Virus record (IMG/VR): IMGVR_UViG_3300034200_001185
Coordinates: 1-64,000 of that record
DNA from: a virus
DNA length: 64,000 nucleotides
Strand: one strand, 5' to 3'
Shown here: positions 49,179-57,712 of the stretch, piece by piece
Position numbering within the stretch: the stretch's first letter is position 1
Layout of the letters: each line of letters starts with the position of its first letter
Notes under the pieces: model-generated
Seen by the model: only the letters and a program-made list of their open reading frames with translations
Database searches by the model: none
Told to the model about the DNA's origin: nothing
Position numbers and translations under genes: made by a program

Positions 49179-49745
49179 TTAGCTCTTTTGGTGGTGCGCT
49201 TTAAACTTACGTAATGCTTGCAACTTCATCTTATCGAACTTAGCGTATTCGTTATCCTTAGCTTTCGATGTATGTTCTAGGTCTCGAATGAGATCATCCA
49301 CATGTACGAATTCTGCACCTTCGAGTTGATCGCCTTCCTTACCAAGTAGGGATTTATCTCGCTGTCCCAAAGGAGCTGCCATAAAGTGCGATACTTCTCC
49401 GTGGAAGTCTCTTCCCTTTGCTAACGCTTGTTGGCGAAATGACTTATTCCAATTTACCTTCTTACTATACCCGAAGTGGTATGGATCGGAAGATGTTGAA
49501 TAGCCTGCCTCTTCGAGTAACTCTTTTCGAGTTGCTTCTGGTAAGCTCTCGCCTTGTTCCACGCCACCGCCTGGAAACTTATAGTTTGGATACTGACGCA
49601 AACCGCTACCAGATCCCTGACTTCTACTCGCTAAAATGCGCATGTCAGGTGTGTACAATAATGCTTGTACCTTAGGTCTGTATCGCTTTTCTTCCGCAAT
49701 CTTTTCAAGCTCGTCAACGAACGATTCAATTACTTTATTCTTCAT
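49179..49745 (-). CDS. Nudix hydrolase with FVDELEKIA leader
   Basis: Nudix box GGVEQGESLPEATRKELLEEAG; leader MKNKVIESFVDELEKIAEE. Confidence 0.88.
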   Translation of the reverse strand: MKNKVIESFVDELEKIAEEKRYRPKVQALLYTPDMRILASRSQGSGSGLRQYPNYKFPGGGVEQGESLPEATRKELLEEAGYSTSSDPYHFGYSKKVNWNKSFRQQALAKGRDFHGEVSHFMAAPLGQRDKSLLGKEGDQLEGAEFVHVDDLIRDLEHTSKAKDNEYAKFDKMKLQALRKFKAHHQKS

Positions 49746-49756
49746 AAGTTTAATCC

Positions 49757-50389
49757 TTAATCTTGTTTACATACCTTACCATACATTTTTTCGCCATCTC
49801 GGACAAGTCCGTCATATTCATACTTAAACAGCATGTTTACTCTATCCTCATCGAATTCCATTCCGAAGTAGAACGTTGACAAGAAGTTTAGAACATCTTC
49901 CTTGATATCCTTTACGTACAATCCGTACTCATCCTTACCTTCCATCGCGGGAATGATTCTTTCAACCGATAACATATCACGCTTTGCATACGACAGATAA
50001 CGAAGTTCTGCTAAAAACTTACCTCGATACCCTTCGCTAGTAACCATGACTGATTTATGGTTAATACATTCATCAAGTGAACGAATAAAACGAAAGAACG
50101 ACATATTGCCAAATGACTTTACGTTTAGACAGAATACGTACTTAAGGCCTTGATAATCCACATCGCCAATAAGATCTTCTACGGTCATAAACTCGTGTCC
50201 AACGGCAGTCACTCTTTCGCCATATGAACATTCAAATCCATCTTTCGAACCAACCAATTCGAGAAACTTGCGTAGCCCATAATCGCCTTCGTAGATAACA
50301 GGTAATCTGTCATCGTCATGCGCATCGAGAAATACATTTGCGCTTTCCATGTCCTTACAGAACTTATATACTTTTACATTTCTTTCCAT
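49757..50389 (-). CDS. Hypothetical protein
   Basis: 210 aa, early-type leader. Confidence 0.65.
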   Translation of the reverse strand: MERNVKVYKFCKDMESANVFLDAHDDDRLPVIYEGDYGLRKFLELVGSKDGFECSYGERVTAVGHEFMTVEDLIGDVDYQGLKYVFCLNVKSFGNMSFFRFIRSLDECINHKSVMVTSEGYRGKFLAELRYLSYAKRDMLSVERIIPAMEGKDEYGLYVKDIKEDVLNFLSTFYFGMEFDEDRVNMLFKYEYDGLVRDGEKMYGKVCKQD

Positions 50390-50435
50390 AATCGTTTTCC
50401 TTTCGATTGAGCGTATCCGCTCGCTTGCTTGTTGT

Positions 50436-51044
50436 TTATATAATCGGTGAAATTGTATCCTTTAAGTCCGATACTAATTCGATTGCTCTTACAGCGTCTG
50501 AGACGAATTCGTCTATGCTTTTATTTGCAGGCGTCTTGACATCAAATATCGTAGTCAAGTACTTGATGGGCTTAAAGGCGGTATTGACGTGATATCGATT
50601 GTACCGAAAGAATCGCTCGCCCTTAACCAACGGTTCTTGGTTGTACCCCTTATATACTTCGAGGGACATGTTATCTAGGTTTACCACGTATCCCCATTCG
50701 CAAAACAAGCTGTCTCGTGAGAATGAAGTTGAGTCTTGAAGGTAGAAATGATGTCCGCCTTGAATAATGATGTCGAGTATACCGCATCCAGCTGAACTGT
50801 GGAATGCTGACGAAAAATTATTTGCGTTCCATTCCTTTCCAAACTTAGCTTGTGCCTTTTCGTATGTTAACAGCGTAACGTTCTTAGAATCGAGTTGGTG
50901 CTTAAGGCTACTTACCTTTGACTTGTCGAGCATGAAGCGTAACAAGTAATCGGCGGTGTATGATGGATATCCATCGTATTGACCATATTGAGCAATAACG
51001 GTTTTCTTTTGGTAAATTACCATTACTAAATTACGAGTACCCAT
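50436..51044 (-). CDS. Conserved phage hypothetical protein (MGTR..YDGYP type)
   Basis: MGTRNL..QYGQYDGYP..FCEWGYVVNLD..LEVY. Confidence 0.7.
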   Translation of the reverse strand: MGTRNLVMVIYQKKTVIAQYGQYDGYPSYTADYLLRFMLDKSKVSSLKHQLDSKNVTLLTYEKAQAKFGKEWNANNFSSAFHSSAGCGILDIIIQGGHHFYLQDSTSFSRDSLFCEWGYVVNLDNMSLEVYKGYNQEPLVKGERFFRYNRYHVNTAFKPIKYLTTIFDVKTPANKSIDEFVSDAVRAIELVSDLKDTISPII

Positions 51045-51171
51045 AATCGTTCTCCTTTTAGGGTTAGTTTGTATCGTATTCGATACTCTATTATCACGGA
51101 ATACAATCGTTAATTTTAATGACTACCGGATATATGTCCGAACTTTCATACGTTATATTAAATATATGCGC

Positions 51172-51232
51172 ACTATCATCACCAAAATAATGGCTAAGAA
51201 AAACGGACATCGTGGACATGTCAATTTTCCTA
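51172..51232 (-). terminator. Repeat-B copy 5
   Basis: ACTATCATC-N12-GCTAAGAAAAACG with inner GACAT/ATGTC stem. Confidence 0.5.
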
Positions 51233-51253
51233 ACACCCCAACCTTACGTAGCT

Positions 51254-51778
51254 TTATACGCTACGCCATCCTAGGCCAGGTAAGTTTCGAACTGATTCCC
51301 TTTCGAGAAGATCTCGAAGAGAAACTGTTTTATTGCTTTCTAACCACTCAGCGTACGCTTTTTCAAGGCGTGTTCTGAATGAAGAGAGGATGTGTGTCTT
51401 GGCCACTGCTATCCCATCTTCATATAAGCTGAATACAACATACGCTTTTCTGTCCGCATTGATCGTTTGTGTTAGATCCTTTAGAGATCGCAGAATATCT
51501 TTGCGATCAAGTGTTGTGGTCTTTGCGCCTGGATCTACTCTTAAACCTAGCTGTTCGCGCACACCTTGAATAGAATTTAAGCACATTGTGTAATGTGCTA
51601 TCGCTGATCGAATTTCTCCTACAGTGTACTTGAGATGTTCCGGTGTTTCCATTTCTCCTTCGTAATCAAATACGTGATCAATGAGTTCGTCATCCATTCG
51701 ATCCCAGGGCATGAATGGCAACATGCTATGGAGTTTAAGACGTTTTGTCTTAACGTCAAATTTTACATCAAATTCCAT
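51254..51778 (-). CDS. Hypothetical protein
   Basis: 174 aa, early-type leader. Confidence 0.65.
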   Translation of the reverse strand: MEFDVKFDVKTKRLKLHSMLPFMPWDRMDDELIDHVFDYEGEMETPEHLKYTVGEIRSAIAHYTMCLNSIQGVREQLGLRVDPGAKTTTLDRKDILRSLKDLTQTINADRKAYVVFSLYEDGIAVAKTHILSSFRTRLEKAYAEWLESNKTVSLRDLLERESVRNLPGLGWRSV

Positions 51779-51825
51779 AATCGTTTTTCCTTTTCGATTG
51801 AGCGTATCCGCTCGATTGTTGTTGT

Positions 51826-52431
51826 TTATAGGCTCTTTACAATGTCTTGCATTGTTTCGCCAAGTGAGGCGGCGAACTTAGCAGTAAGTTCATTGCGAGT
51901 ATCGCTGATTAGGCGAACTAGCTTGACAATCTTTGGTAGCTTAACTCTTAGCGTACCTGTGCAATTTCTTGCCGCTCTGACGAGATCCATTGCGCGATCT
52001 CTGTCATACATGTGTACAAGGATATACTCAACCTCGTTGATGAAGTTGATTACTTGTTCCGCAGTCACATCGGCTGGCGTATCGAAGTATCCATACAACG
52101 ATCTATCTTCAGGTAGCGCTTTCATCTTCACGAGCATCCAGCTGAACGCTTTCTTCATATCCCAAATCACTTCGGGAAAGATCACATTCGCTAAGTTGAT
52201 CGCTTGCGCAACTTGTGGTGCGACTGATCTAAGATCCGCTGCAAATCTTGACGCAAGCTTTCTGCTTTGTTCCAGGCTTAAATCGAAGGTTGCATCACCG
52301 TTCAATACGATCATTTCCGCGGTAGAGATGATCTCTTCCGCAGATGCTAGCCACCCAAAGATCACTTGGAATACTTCCATATCGCCGTTGAGTCCAAAAG
52401 TATTCAATGCTGTTTTAACTTGTTCTTTCAT
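51826..52431 (-). CDS. Hypothetical helical protein
   Basis: 201 aa, early-type leader. Confidence 0.65.
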   Translation of the reverse strand: MKEQVKTALNTFGLNGDMEVFQVIFGWLASAEEIISTAEMIVLNGDATFDLSLEQSRKLASRFAADLRSVAPQVAQAINLANVIFPEVIWDMKKAFSWMLVKMKALPEDRSLYGYFDTPADVTAEQVINFINEVEYILVHMYDRDRAMDLVRAARNCTGTLRVKLPKIVKLVRLISDTRNELTAKFAASLGETMQDIVKSL

Positions 52432-52486
52432 AATCGTTTTCCTTTCGATTGTGATTGAGCGTATCCGCTCGCTTTATTGTTGTTGT

Positions 52487-52990
52487 TTAGAAACCGTACA
52501 TTTTTACCATTACGATGCTAATCTGTTTACTTTTTGCGTATTCATGCCACATTGCTGGGAACGATTCATACAATTCTCTGTCCACAATCATCGCTCTTGG
52601 TGAGTCGTCTTGCACGACTAGATGTACATCTCCCCTAGGTAAACCGAGGTCTAACTTTTCGACTGTTTGGTCTACCTCTGCGAGAAGTACGGTAACACAG
52701 TTTGAACCCTTGTTAGCAACTGCCTTGCAAGCAGCTACTGCCAAGTCTTCGTTGACACCGTTTCGGACGGTAGCCCACACCACCGTGTGATTATCCTGCT
52801 TTGAGTACGCAATCACACAATTCAATTCGACTGGTCCCAGCCTTAGTAGACGCTTTGTATCGCCTATAAGCTCCCAAGTCTTTAGATCCCCCTTGCGCTC
52901 GATATCAATACCGAGCAATGTAGCGGTTACATCGCAGTTGATATTTTCCGCTTCGATCTTCAACTCTTTTTCTGTCATGTTTAAGCTCAT
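52487..52990 (-). CDS. Hypothetical protein
   Basis: 167 aa. GTGATAA at 53037-43. Confidence 0.6.
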   Translation of the reverse strand: MSLNMTEKELKIEAENINCDVTATLLGIDIERKGDLKTWELIGDTKRLLRLGPVELNCVIAYSKQDNHTVVWATVRNGVNEDLAVAACKAVANKGSNCVTVLLAEVDQTVEKLDLGLPRGDVHLVVQDDSPRAMIVDRELYESFPAMWHEYAKSKQISIVMVKMYGF

Positions 52991-53070
52991 TTTTAAGCCC
53001 TTTCTTTAGCTATGGTTTATCGTATCCGACACTATATTATCACGGTAATATCGATAAAATTGCACGTTTT

Positions 53071-53119
53071 ACTATCATCAAAAATAAGCTAAGAAAAACG
53101 GTTGCCAGTCGCTTTTCTT
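53071..53119 (-). terminator. Repeat-B copy 6
   Basis: ACTATCATC-N8-GCTAAGAAAAACG-GTTGCCAGT-CGCTTTTCT. Confidence 0.55.
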
Positions 53120-53155
53120 TCGATCACATGCTGTCTTACGACATGATGTAATCGA

Positions 53156-53416
53156 TTACCACTTAACTACTATTGGAGTAGGAAGTGGGTACGAAGATAA
53201 ATCTTCGTACTTGATGTTGGGCGCGATTGTCTTCATCTGTTCTAATGTACTTGCTAATACTCTGTCTCTATAACTGCCATCAGAAAGATTAAATCTGATA
53301 TATTTGCCGTTCTTTGCAGAGTTTACTGTACACCAACCGATAATTCTTAGCCCTGTTGTTGCGACGTTTTGTGAAGCTGTTGTCGCTAGCTTATCGAGTA
53401 ACTTGCCTTTGAGCAT
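53156..53416 (-). CDS. Hypothetical protein
   Basis: Start re-called to MLKGKLL (SD GGAG). Confidence 0.6.
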   Translation of the reverse strand: MLKGKLLDKLATTASQNVATTGLRIIGWCTVNSAKNGKYIRFNLSDGSYRDRVLASTLEQMKTIAPNIKYEDLSSYPLPTPIVVKW

Positions 53417-53429
53417 TTCGTTTCTCCGT

Positions 53430-53488
53430 GCACGTAAGTTGTAGTCTGCGTACAAAGCGTACATAACCACCGAAGTTAAGGCGTGCTT
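53430..53488 (-). ncRNA. Candidate structured 5' leader, copy 2
   Basis: GCACG/CGTGC closing stem, C(TTCG)G loop, GTAC-GCTTT-GTAC, GACTACAAC. Confidence 0.5.
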
Positions 53489-53546
53489 TTTTGTTCCTTT
53501 TCTTCTATATTCTTATCACGACTTTTTACGCATTTTTGCACGTTTT

Positions 53547-53593
53547 ACTATCATCAAAAATAGGCTAAGAAAAGCGGTTGCCAATCGCTTTTC
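53547..53593 (-). terminator. Repeat-B copy 7
   Basis: GAAAAGCG-GTTGCCAAT-CGCTTTTC (compensatory change relative to other copies). Confidence 0.6.
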
Positions 53594-53596
53594 CAA

Positions 53597-53836
53597 CTAT
53601 TGACCAGGGAAGATAGAGCAGAAGCCCTTTCCTTCCTTATCAATAAGGAAGACGCCCCCGCGTCTTTCACATGCCTTTTTTCCCACACCCCTGAGTACCT
53701 TTAATCCAGCAGCCGTATGAGCTGCCGGATCGTTGTTCCGTGAGAGAGCGTCCAGCTCTCGCACAATCTTACACTTCCAATCGCAACCCCAAACATCACC
53801 ACCGAATAAAACCGCCAAACACAAAATAGCTTTCAT
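53597..53836 (-). CDS. Small Cys-containing protein with signal-peptide-like N-terminus
   Basis: MKAILCLAVLFGG; four further Cys. SD GGAG. GTGATAA at 53907-13. Confidence 0.5.
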   Translation of the reverse strand: MKAILCLAVLFGGDVWGCDWKCKIVRELDALSRNNDPAAHTAAGLKVLRGVGKKACERRGGVFLIDKEGKGFCSIFPGQ

Positions 53837-53935
53837 AGCCACTCCATAAGACTGCCAAAGAGTAATCGGAGCAAAGTGCAGTCATTAGTTTCTCTGCTCC
53901 ATATTCTTATCACGGAATATTACCCCATTTTTCGC

Positions 53936-55165
53936 CTAAACTCTACGAGCCATTAGAAGCCCTTTTACGCCATTTCCGTAATCAAGTAATAGCGGCTGTC
54001 GTATTGACGCAGGAAAGTACACTACGCAATCAGATCTTTCGCTAAGTAACATAGACGATAGGTACTTACAATCTACGTTATATATATTTTCGTTAGAACT
54101 CGTTAATTTACATTCAGGTCCTAGATCGGTTAGTAAGGTGCTTTCTTCTCTAACATCTCGAAAAATGCTTGACGTAGTATCTCCTCTAATTACAACTGTA
54201 CGAGATGTAAGTAGTAAACCTTCGAACTCAAATTCGCATATAACGGTTTCTACCTTAATCTTGTTTCCATCATCGTCTTGCAAATTCTTGTAATACCATA
54301 ACGACTTATTCACGCAATCCTCTAAAACACTTAGCGGTATTGCGTATGTGTAAGTGTCGGTGTGCAACGCTTTATCTATAACTACGTTCATATCCGAGTA
54401 ACAATTAAACACGCAACCCGCTTGAAAGAACAATTGTTGTTTCTCGTGTTTCATAATTCCGTCTATGACTAAGCTCAGATCCTTATTGTTATCTTCTCGC
54501 ACAGGTATATTCCATATCTTATTGTCCGGAACATACCCACTGATACTAAGAACAGCGCTTATTGACCGACTCATATCTTTGAGTAACGGTAAGTATAGTT
54601 TACTGTTCTCATTCAAATCGGTTAGTTGATTTTCGAATTCGAAACAGACCATACGATAGCCATCTGTTACGCACAAGTATTTACCTTGTACTTGCAAGCA
54701 CCAGAGCTTTTCTCGATTGCTCTTGCTTGCAAGCATTACGTAACCTGTATCAACGATACTATTCAAAGCGTGTTCTGGGATATCAATACCAACAGAAACG
54801 CTAAATACCATCGGATTGTTTTCTACGATAATTCGGTAGTGATCCGAGTCCTCGTAAATTTCATCTACCGCTCCCCACTTAAAATCCTCATACATCACGT
54901 TTCGGTCATCCGTAAGGCGTAAGTAGGCCCATTCGCTTTTAGCCTTACTTTTTAGCAATGATAGTGCTTGGCTAACTTCTTCGTCCTCTACAAATTGAGT
55001 CAGATCAATTGATACGAATGAACTAGCCAAATAATCTTGAGAATCCTTGCTCTCGTAGAGAGAGTAAAGAAATACACGCTTACCAAATAACCCTAAAAAA
55101 GCGGAGCCATTTGTGTCTTGATAACGTCCAGATAGTAAAATTTTTTGTACGATACTTGTGATCAT
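53936..55165 (-). CDS. Divergent DNA polymerase III beta-clamp-like protein
   Basis: CVTDGYRM resembles the clamp ATDGHRL motif; C-terminal NVDCKYL..QPLLL..GLLMARR; about 400 aa. Confidence 0.55.
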   Translation of the reverse strand: MITSIVQKILLSGRYQDTNGSAFLGLFGKRVFLYSLYESKDSQDYLASSFVSIDLTQFVEDEEVSQALSLLKSKAKSEWAYLRLTDDRNVMYEDFKWGAVDEIYEDSDHYRIIVENNPMVFSVSVGIDIPEHALNSIVDTGYVMLASKSNREKLWCLQVQGKYLCVTDGYRMVCFEFENQLTDLNENSKLYLPLLKDMSRSISAVLSISGYVPDNKIWNIPVREDNNKDLSLVIDGIMKHEKQQLFFQAGCVFNCYSDMNVVIDKALHTDTYTYAIPLSVLEDCVNKSLWYYKNLQDDDGNKIKVETVICEFEFEGLLLTSRTVVIRGDTTSSIFRDVREESTLLTDLGPECKLTSSNENIYNVDCKYLSSMLLSERSDCVVYFPASIRQPLLLDYGNGVKGLLMARRV

Positions 55166-55217
55166 ATAATTTTCCTTGTTTTATTAATGAGCGTATCCGC
55201 TACTGTTTAACACTTAA

Positions 55218-56066
55218 TTACTGTATGTTGTCTCGTAATTGTTTCATTGTACGAGGTATAAATAAATAACCTTCGGGGATTATGATGTCCCCTTCTTCAA
55301 TGTCCTTTACTTCCTTGGAAGTATGTGCGCTTGGTAGAGCAAACTCATTTACCATTTCGAGAAAACGAGTTGCAAGCGACTCAGCCCTACTGCGTAATTC
55401 ACCTTCTGGTATCTCAGGTGTTTCGTTGCATTGGTGATCTACAACAAGTCGCATTGTATCGCACTTGCCAATGGCCATACCCAAAGTCAGCACTTCGGGT
55501 AATGATCCGTGATTGACCATGTGCCGAATGATGTATCTACAAGGAAACAGTAGATCGATTTCCATGAACTTAACCATGACCGCTGCAAGTGTCATGAAGA
55601 AGGACGCTTGATTATCCTTGTACTTGAGGTATATATCAAGCACGCCTCTGGTTCCTTTATGTACTAGATCATTATCGCCATTTCTAGCACCTTCGTTGAT
55701 GAAGGAACAGAACTCGTACATATCCACTGTATCCAGCAGTCCGCGAATTTCATCGGGCAATTCATCGATCATTTTGCTAATCGATGGAACATTTCGAATA
55801 AGCACCATAACGCTGATTAGCACTCTTGGCTTTGCATCAATTACAGTATGTTCTACGAGATCCACATACTTACGAATGTTTACGTAATCCTTTACGCACT
55901 TCAGTTGTACTTGTTGCTCATCAGTGATTGCGTCTGCACCGATTAAAGCAAACAACACGGTTACAAACAATTGTTCTTCGAAATCCGCAATGATTTCTTT
56001 ACGTCTTTCGCTGCTTGTTTTACGGTCCAGAAATTCGCCTACTAGCTTGATAAAATCTTTATCCAT
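55218..56066 (-). CDS. Hypothetical helical protein
   Basis: 282 aa. SD AAGGA. Confidence 0.65.
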   Translation of the reverse strand: MDKDFIKLVGEFLDRKTSSERRKEIIADFEEQLFVTVLFALIGADAITDEQQVQLKCVKDYVNIRKYVDLVEHTVIDAKPRVLISVMVLIRNVPSISKMIDELPDEIRGLLDTVDMYEFCSFINEGARNGDNDLVHKGTRGVLDIYLKYKDNQASFFMTLAAVMVKFMEIDLLFPCRYIIRHMVNHGSLPEVLTLGMAIGKCDTMRLVVDHQCNETPEIPEGELRSRAESLATRFLEMVNEFALPSAHTSKEVKDIEEGDIIIPEGYLFIPRTMKQLRDNIQ

Positions 56067-56078
56067 TTTGTTTATCCT

Positions 56079-56633
56079 TTATCTTGTTACATGAGCGCAG
56101 TATGCACATACGCTGTGTGAATAGTATTCGTCTTTAGTGCGGGTATCCCCACAGCGAATACAATCGAATGTTCCATCTTCCGAATCATCGTCATTAAAGA
56201 CTTTTAATTCGAGTTGTTCGGGTTCAAATTGAGGTTGTTCGAGTTGAGGTTGTTCGAGTTGAGGGCGTCTTGAAATAAAACGCTTGCCGATTTCGTAATG
56301 AATTGCCATCATTACAAATTCTACGTGACGTAGATGATTACTTGCAAAACCGTTGATCTCGTGAAGTAATCCGGTTAACTCCAATGCGCTTCTTTCTGCC
56401 ATAAGCGCTTCTGGAATTGAAGGCTTTGCCAAGTCCCAATGATAACTTGGCTTGAATACGATCACATCGCAGTATCCGTTTTCTTCAAGTTGATTTTCGA
56501 ACAACTGAAGGTATTCACGAATTTCCATCTTGAGAATGGAGCTGAGATTGTTCTCAGAGTCTCCGTCTGAGAGACATGCGTCAACAGCATTACGAAAGCT
56601 GTTTACAAGGTTGTATAGTTTTAGGTTTTTCAT
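56079..56633 (-). CDS. Hypothetical protein with C-terminal Zn finger
   Basis: CIRC..CAYC; short QPQLE repeats. GTGATAA at 56689-95. Confidence 0.65.
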   Translation of the reverse strand: MKNLKLYNLVNSFRNAVDACLSDGDSENNLSSILKMEIREYLQLFENQLEENGYCDVIVFKPSYHWDLAKPSIPEALMAERSALELTGLLHEINGFASNHLRHVEFVMMAIHYEIGKRFISRRPQLEQPQLEQPQFEPEQLELKVFNDDDSEDGTFDCIRCGDTRTKDEYYSHSVCAYCAHVTR

Positions 56634-56723
56634 GATGATTCCTTTCGTGTGAAAAAGTTAAGCGTATTCGCTTGTTTTTGTCATAGTATTATCACATCTT
56701 AGAACGTATAATTGCGATCGGAT

Positions 56724-56751
56724 TTGACATAGATAAAAAATGCATTATCAT
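56724..56751 (+). promoter_or_regulatory. Sigma70-like promoter for ORF + tRNA transcript
   Basis: TTGACA-16-TATCAT. Confidence 0.6.
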
Positions 56752-56771
56752 GCATACGAAGGAGATACACC

Positions 56772-56999
56772 ATGCAAAACATAGAACTAATGAAGATCAA
56801 AACCGAAATATTACAAATTGCGTCTCAGATTGCGCTAACAAATAATGATAACAATTCGCTTATTAATGAAATAAAAACAGAGTACGCGTGTGTTACAGGA
56901 GATGACTTTACAATCCATACCGCAAAGTCAGAAAACATAAGCGCGGATGTCATTATCGAAATTGCACAAAAGCTATTCGATTTTGTATCGAAAGATTAA
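56772..56999 (+). CDS. Hypothetical protein
   Basis: 75 aa. SD AAGGAG. Stop abuts the tRNA. Confidence 0.65.
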   Translation: MQNIELMKIKTEILQIASQIALTNNDNNSLINEIKTEYACVTGDDFTIHTAKSENISADVIIEIAQKLFDFVSKD

Positions 57000-57073
57000 G
57001 GGCCTGTAGCTCAGTAGGTTAGAGCAGCGGTCTCATAAACCGCGGGTCAACGGTTCAATCCCGTTCGGGCCCA
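57000..57073 (+). tRNA. tRNA with CAT anticodon (elongator Met or Ile2), CCA not encoded
   Basis: Acceptor GGGCCTG/CGGGCCC; D arm; anticodon arm GCGGT-CTCATAA-ACCGC; T loop TTCAATC. Lacks initiator features. Confidence 0.92.
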
Positions 57074-57076
57074 AGT

Positions 57077-57163
57077 GGAAAGATGGCAGAGTGGCCGAAT
57101 GCGTTTGACTCGAAATCAAAAAACGATTTAGTTCGTTCGAGGGTTCGAATCCCTCTCTTTCCT
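57077..57163 (+). tRNA. tRNA-Ser(CGA), CCA not encoded
   Basis: Acceptor GGAAAGA/TCTTTCC; anticodon arm TTTGA-CTCGAAA-TCAAA; long variable arm; GAGGG-TTCGAAT-CCCTC. Confidence 0.92.
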
Positions 57164-57368
57164 TTATTACTTGACTAAGATAAAAACGTGTGCTAAATAA
57201 TACAACGTGGTTACCGTGCATCCGGTTTTCCTGCGGTCGTCGTCACCGTACCACAGAGGCGACATCTATTTAATATAAAATATGCCTACGTATATTAAGC
57301 GAAGAAGAATGGCGTCAGCGTATGTAGGGGTAAACGATGATTCCAATTTTCGCCATTTCTTGGAATCT

Positions 57369-57422
57369 ACTATCATCAAAATCGGGCTAAGAAAAACGTT
57401 CTGGTATTCGTTTTTCTTAGCC
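57369..57422 (-). terminator. Repeat-B copy 8 (perfect 14-bp inverted repeat)
   Basis: GGCTAAGAAAAACG (57385-98), loop TTCTGGTATT, CGTTTTTCTTAGCC (57409-22). Confidence 0.7.
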
Positions 57423-57426
57423 AACG

Positions 57427-57636
57427 CTATTCGGATAAACCGTTTAGCATTAGCTTTTTGATTGTATTCGCTTCTTCGTCTGAAGATGCAAATACTAGGC
57501 CGTGAAAACCAGCAACAGTTTTCACATTGAGGACGTTATTTGCGCGCTTGAACACGCAAATAACGTGGCCAAACCAAACGTGCGCATTAGATGCTGTCAC
57601 GTCTAAAGTCTCATACTTGGTGCTTTTTGCTGCCAT
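57427..57636 (-). CDS. Hypothetical protein
   Basis: 69 aa. SD AGGAG next to a structured leader. Confidence 0.6.
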   Translation of the reverse strand: MAAKSTKYETLDVTASNAHVWFGHVICVFKRANNVLNVKTVAGFHGLVFASSDEEANTIKKLMLNGLSE

Positions 57637-57650
57637 AGTAATCTCCTAGT

Positions 57651-57712
57651 GCACCTATTATGTTGTAGTCTCCGTACAAAGCGTACATAACCACCGAATT
57701 AAAGGCGTGCTT
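57651..57712 (-). ncRNA. Candidate structured 5' leader, copy 3
   Basis: GCAC/GTGC, TTCGGTGG, GTAC-GCTTT-GTAC, GACTACAAC. Confidence 0.5.

Noticed and set aside
51635-52603. 322-aa + strand ORF
   Set aside because: Antisense to three - strand genes that have SDs and shared leaders, crosses their intergenic hairpins, and has no recognisable motif or SD.
57033-57221. 62-aa - strand ORF
   Set aside because: It is the reverse complement of the two tRNA genes.
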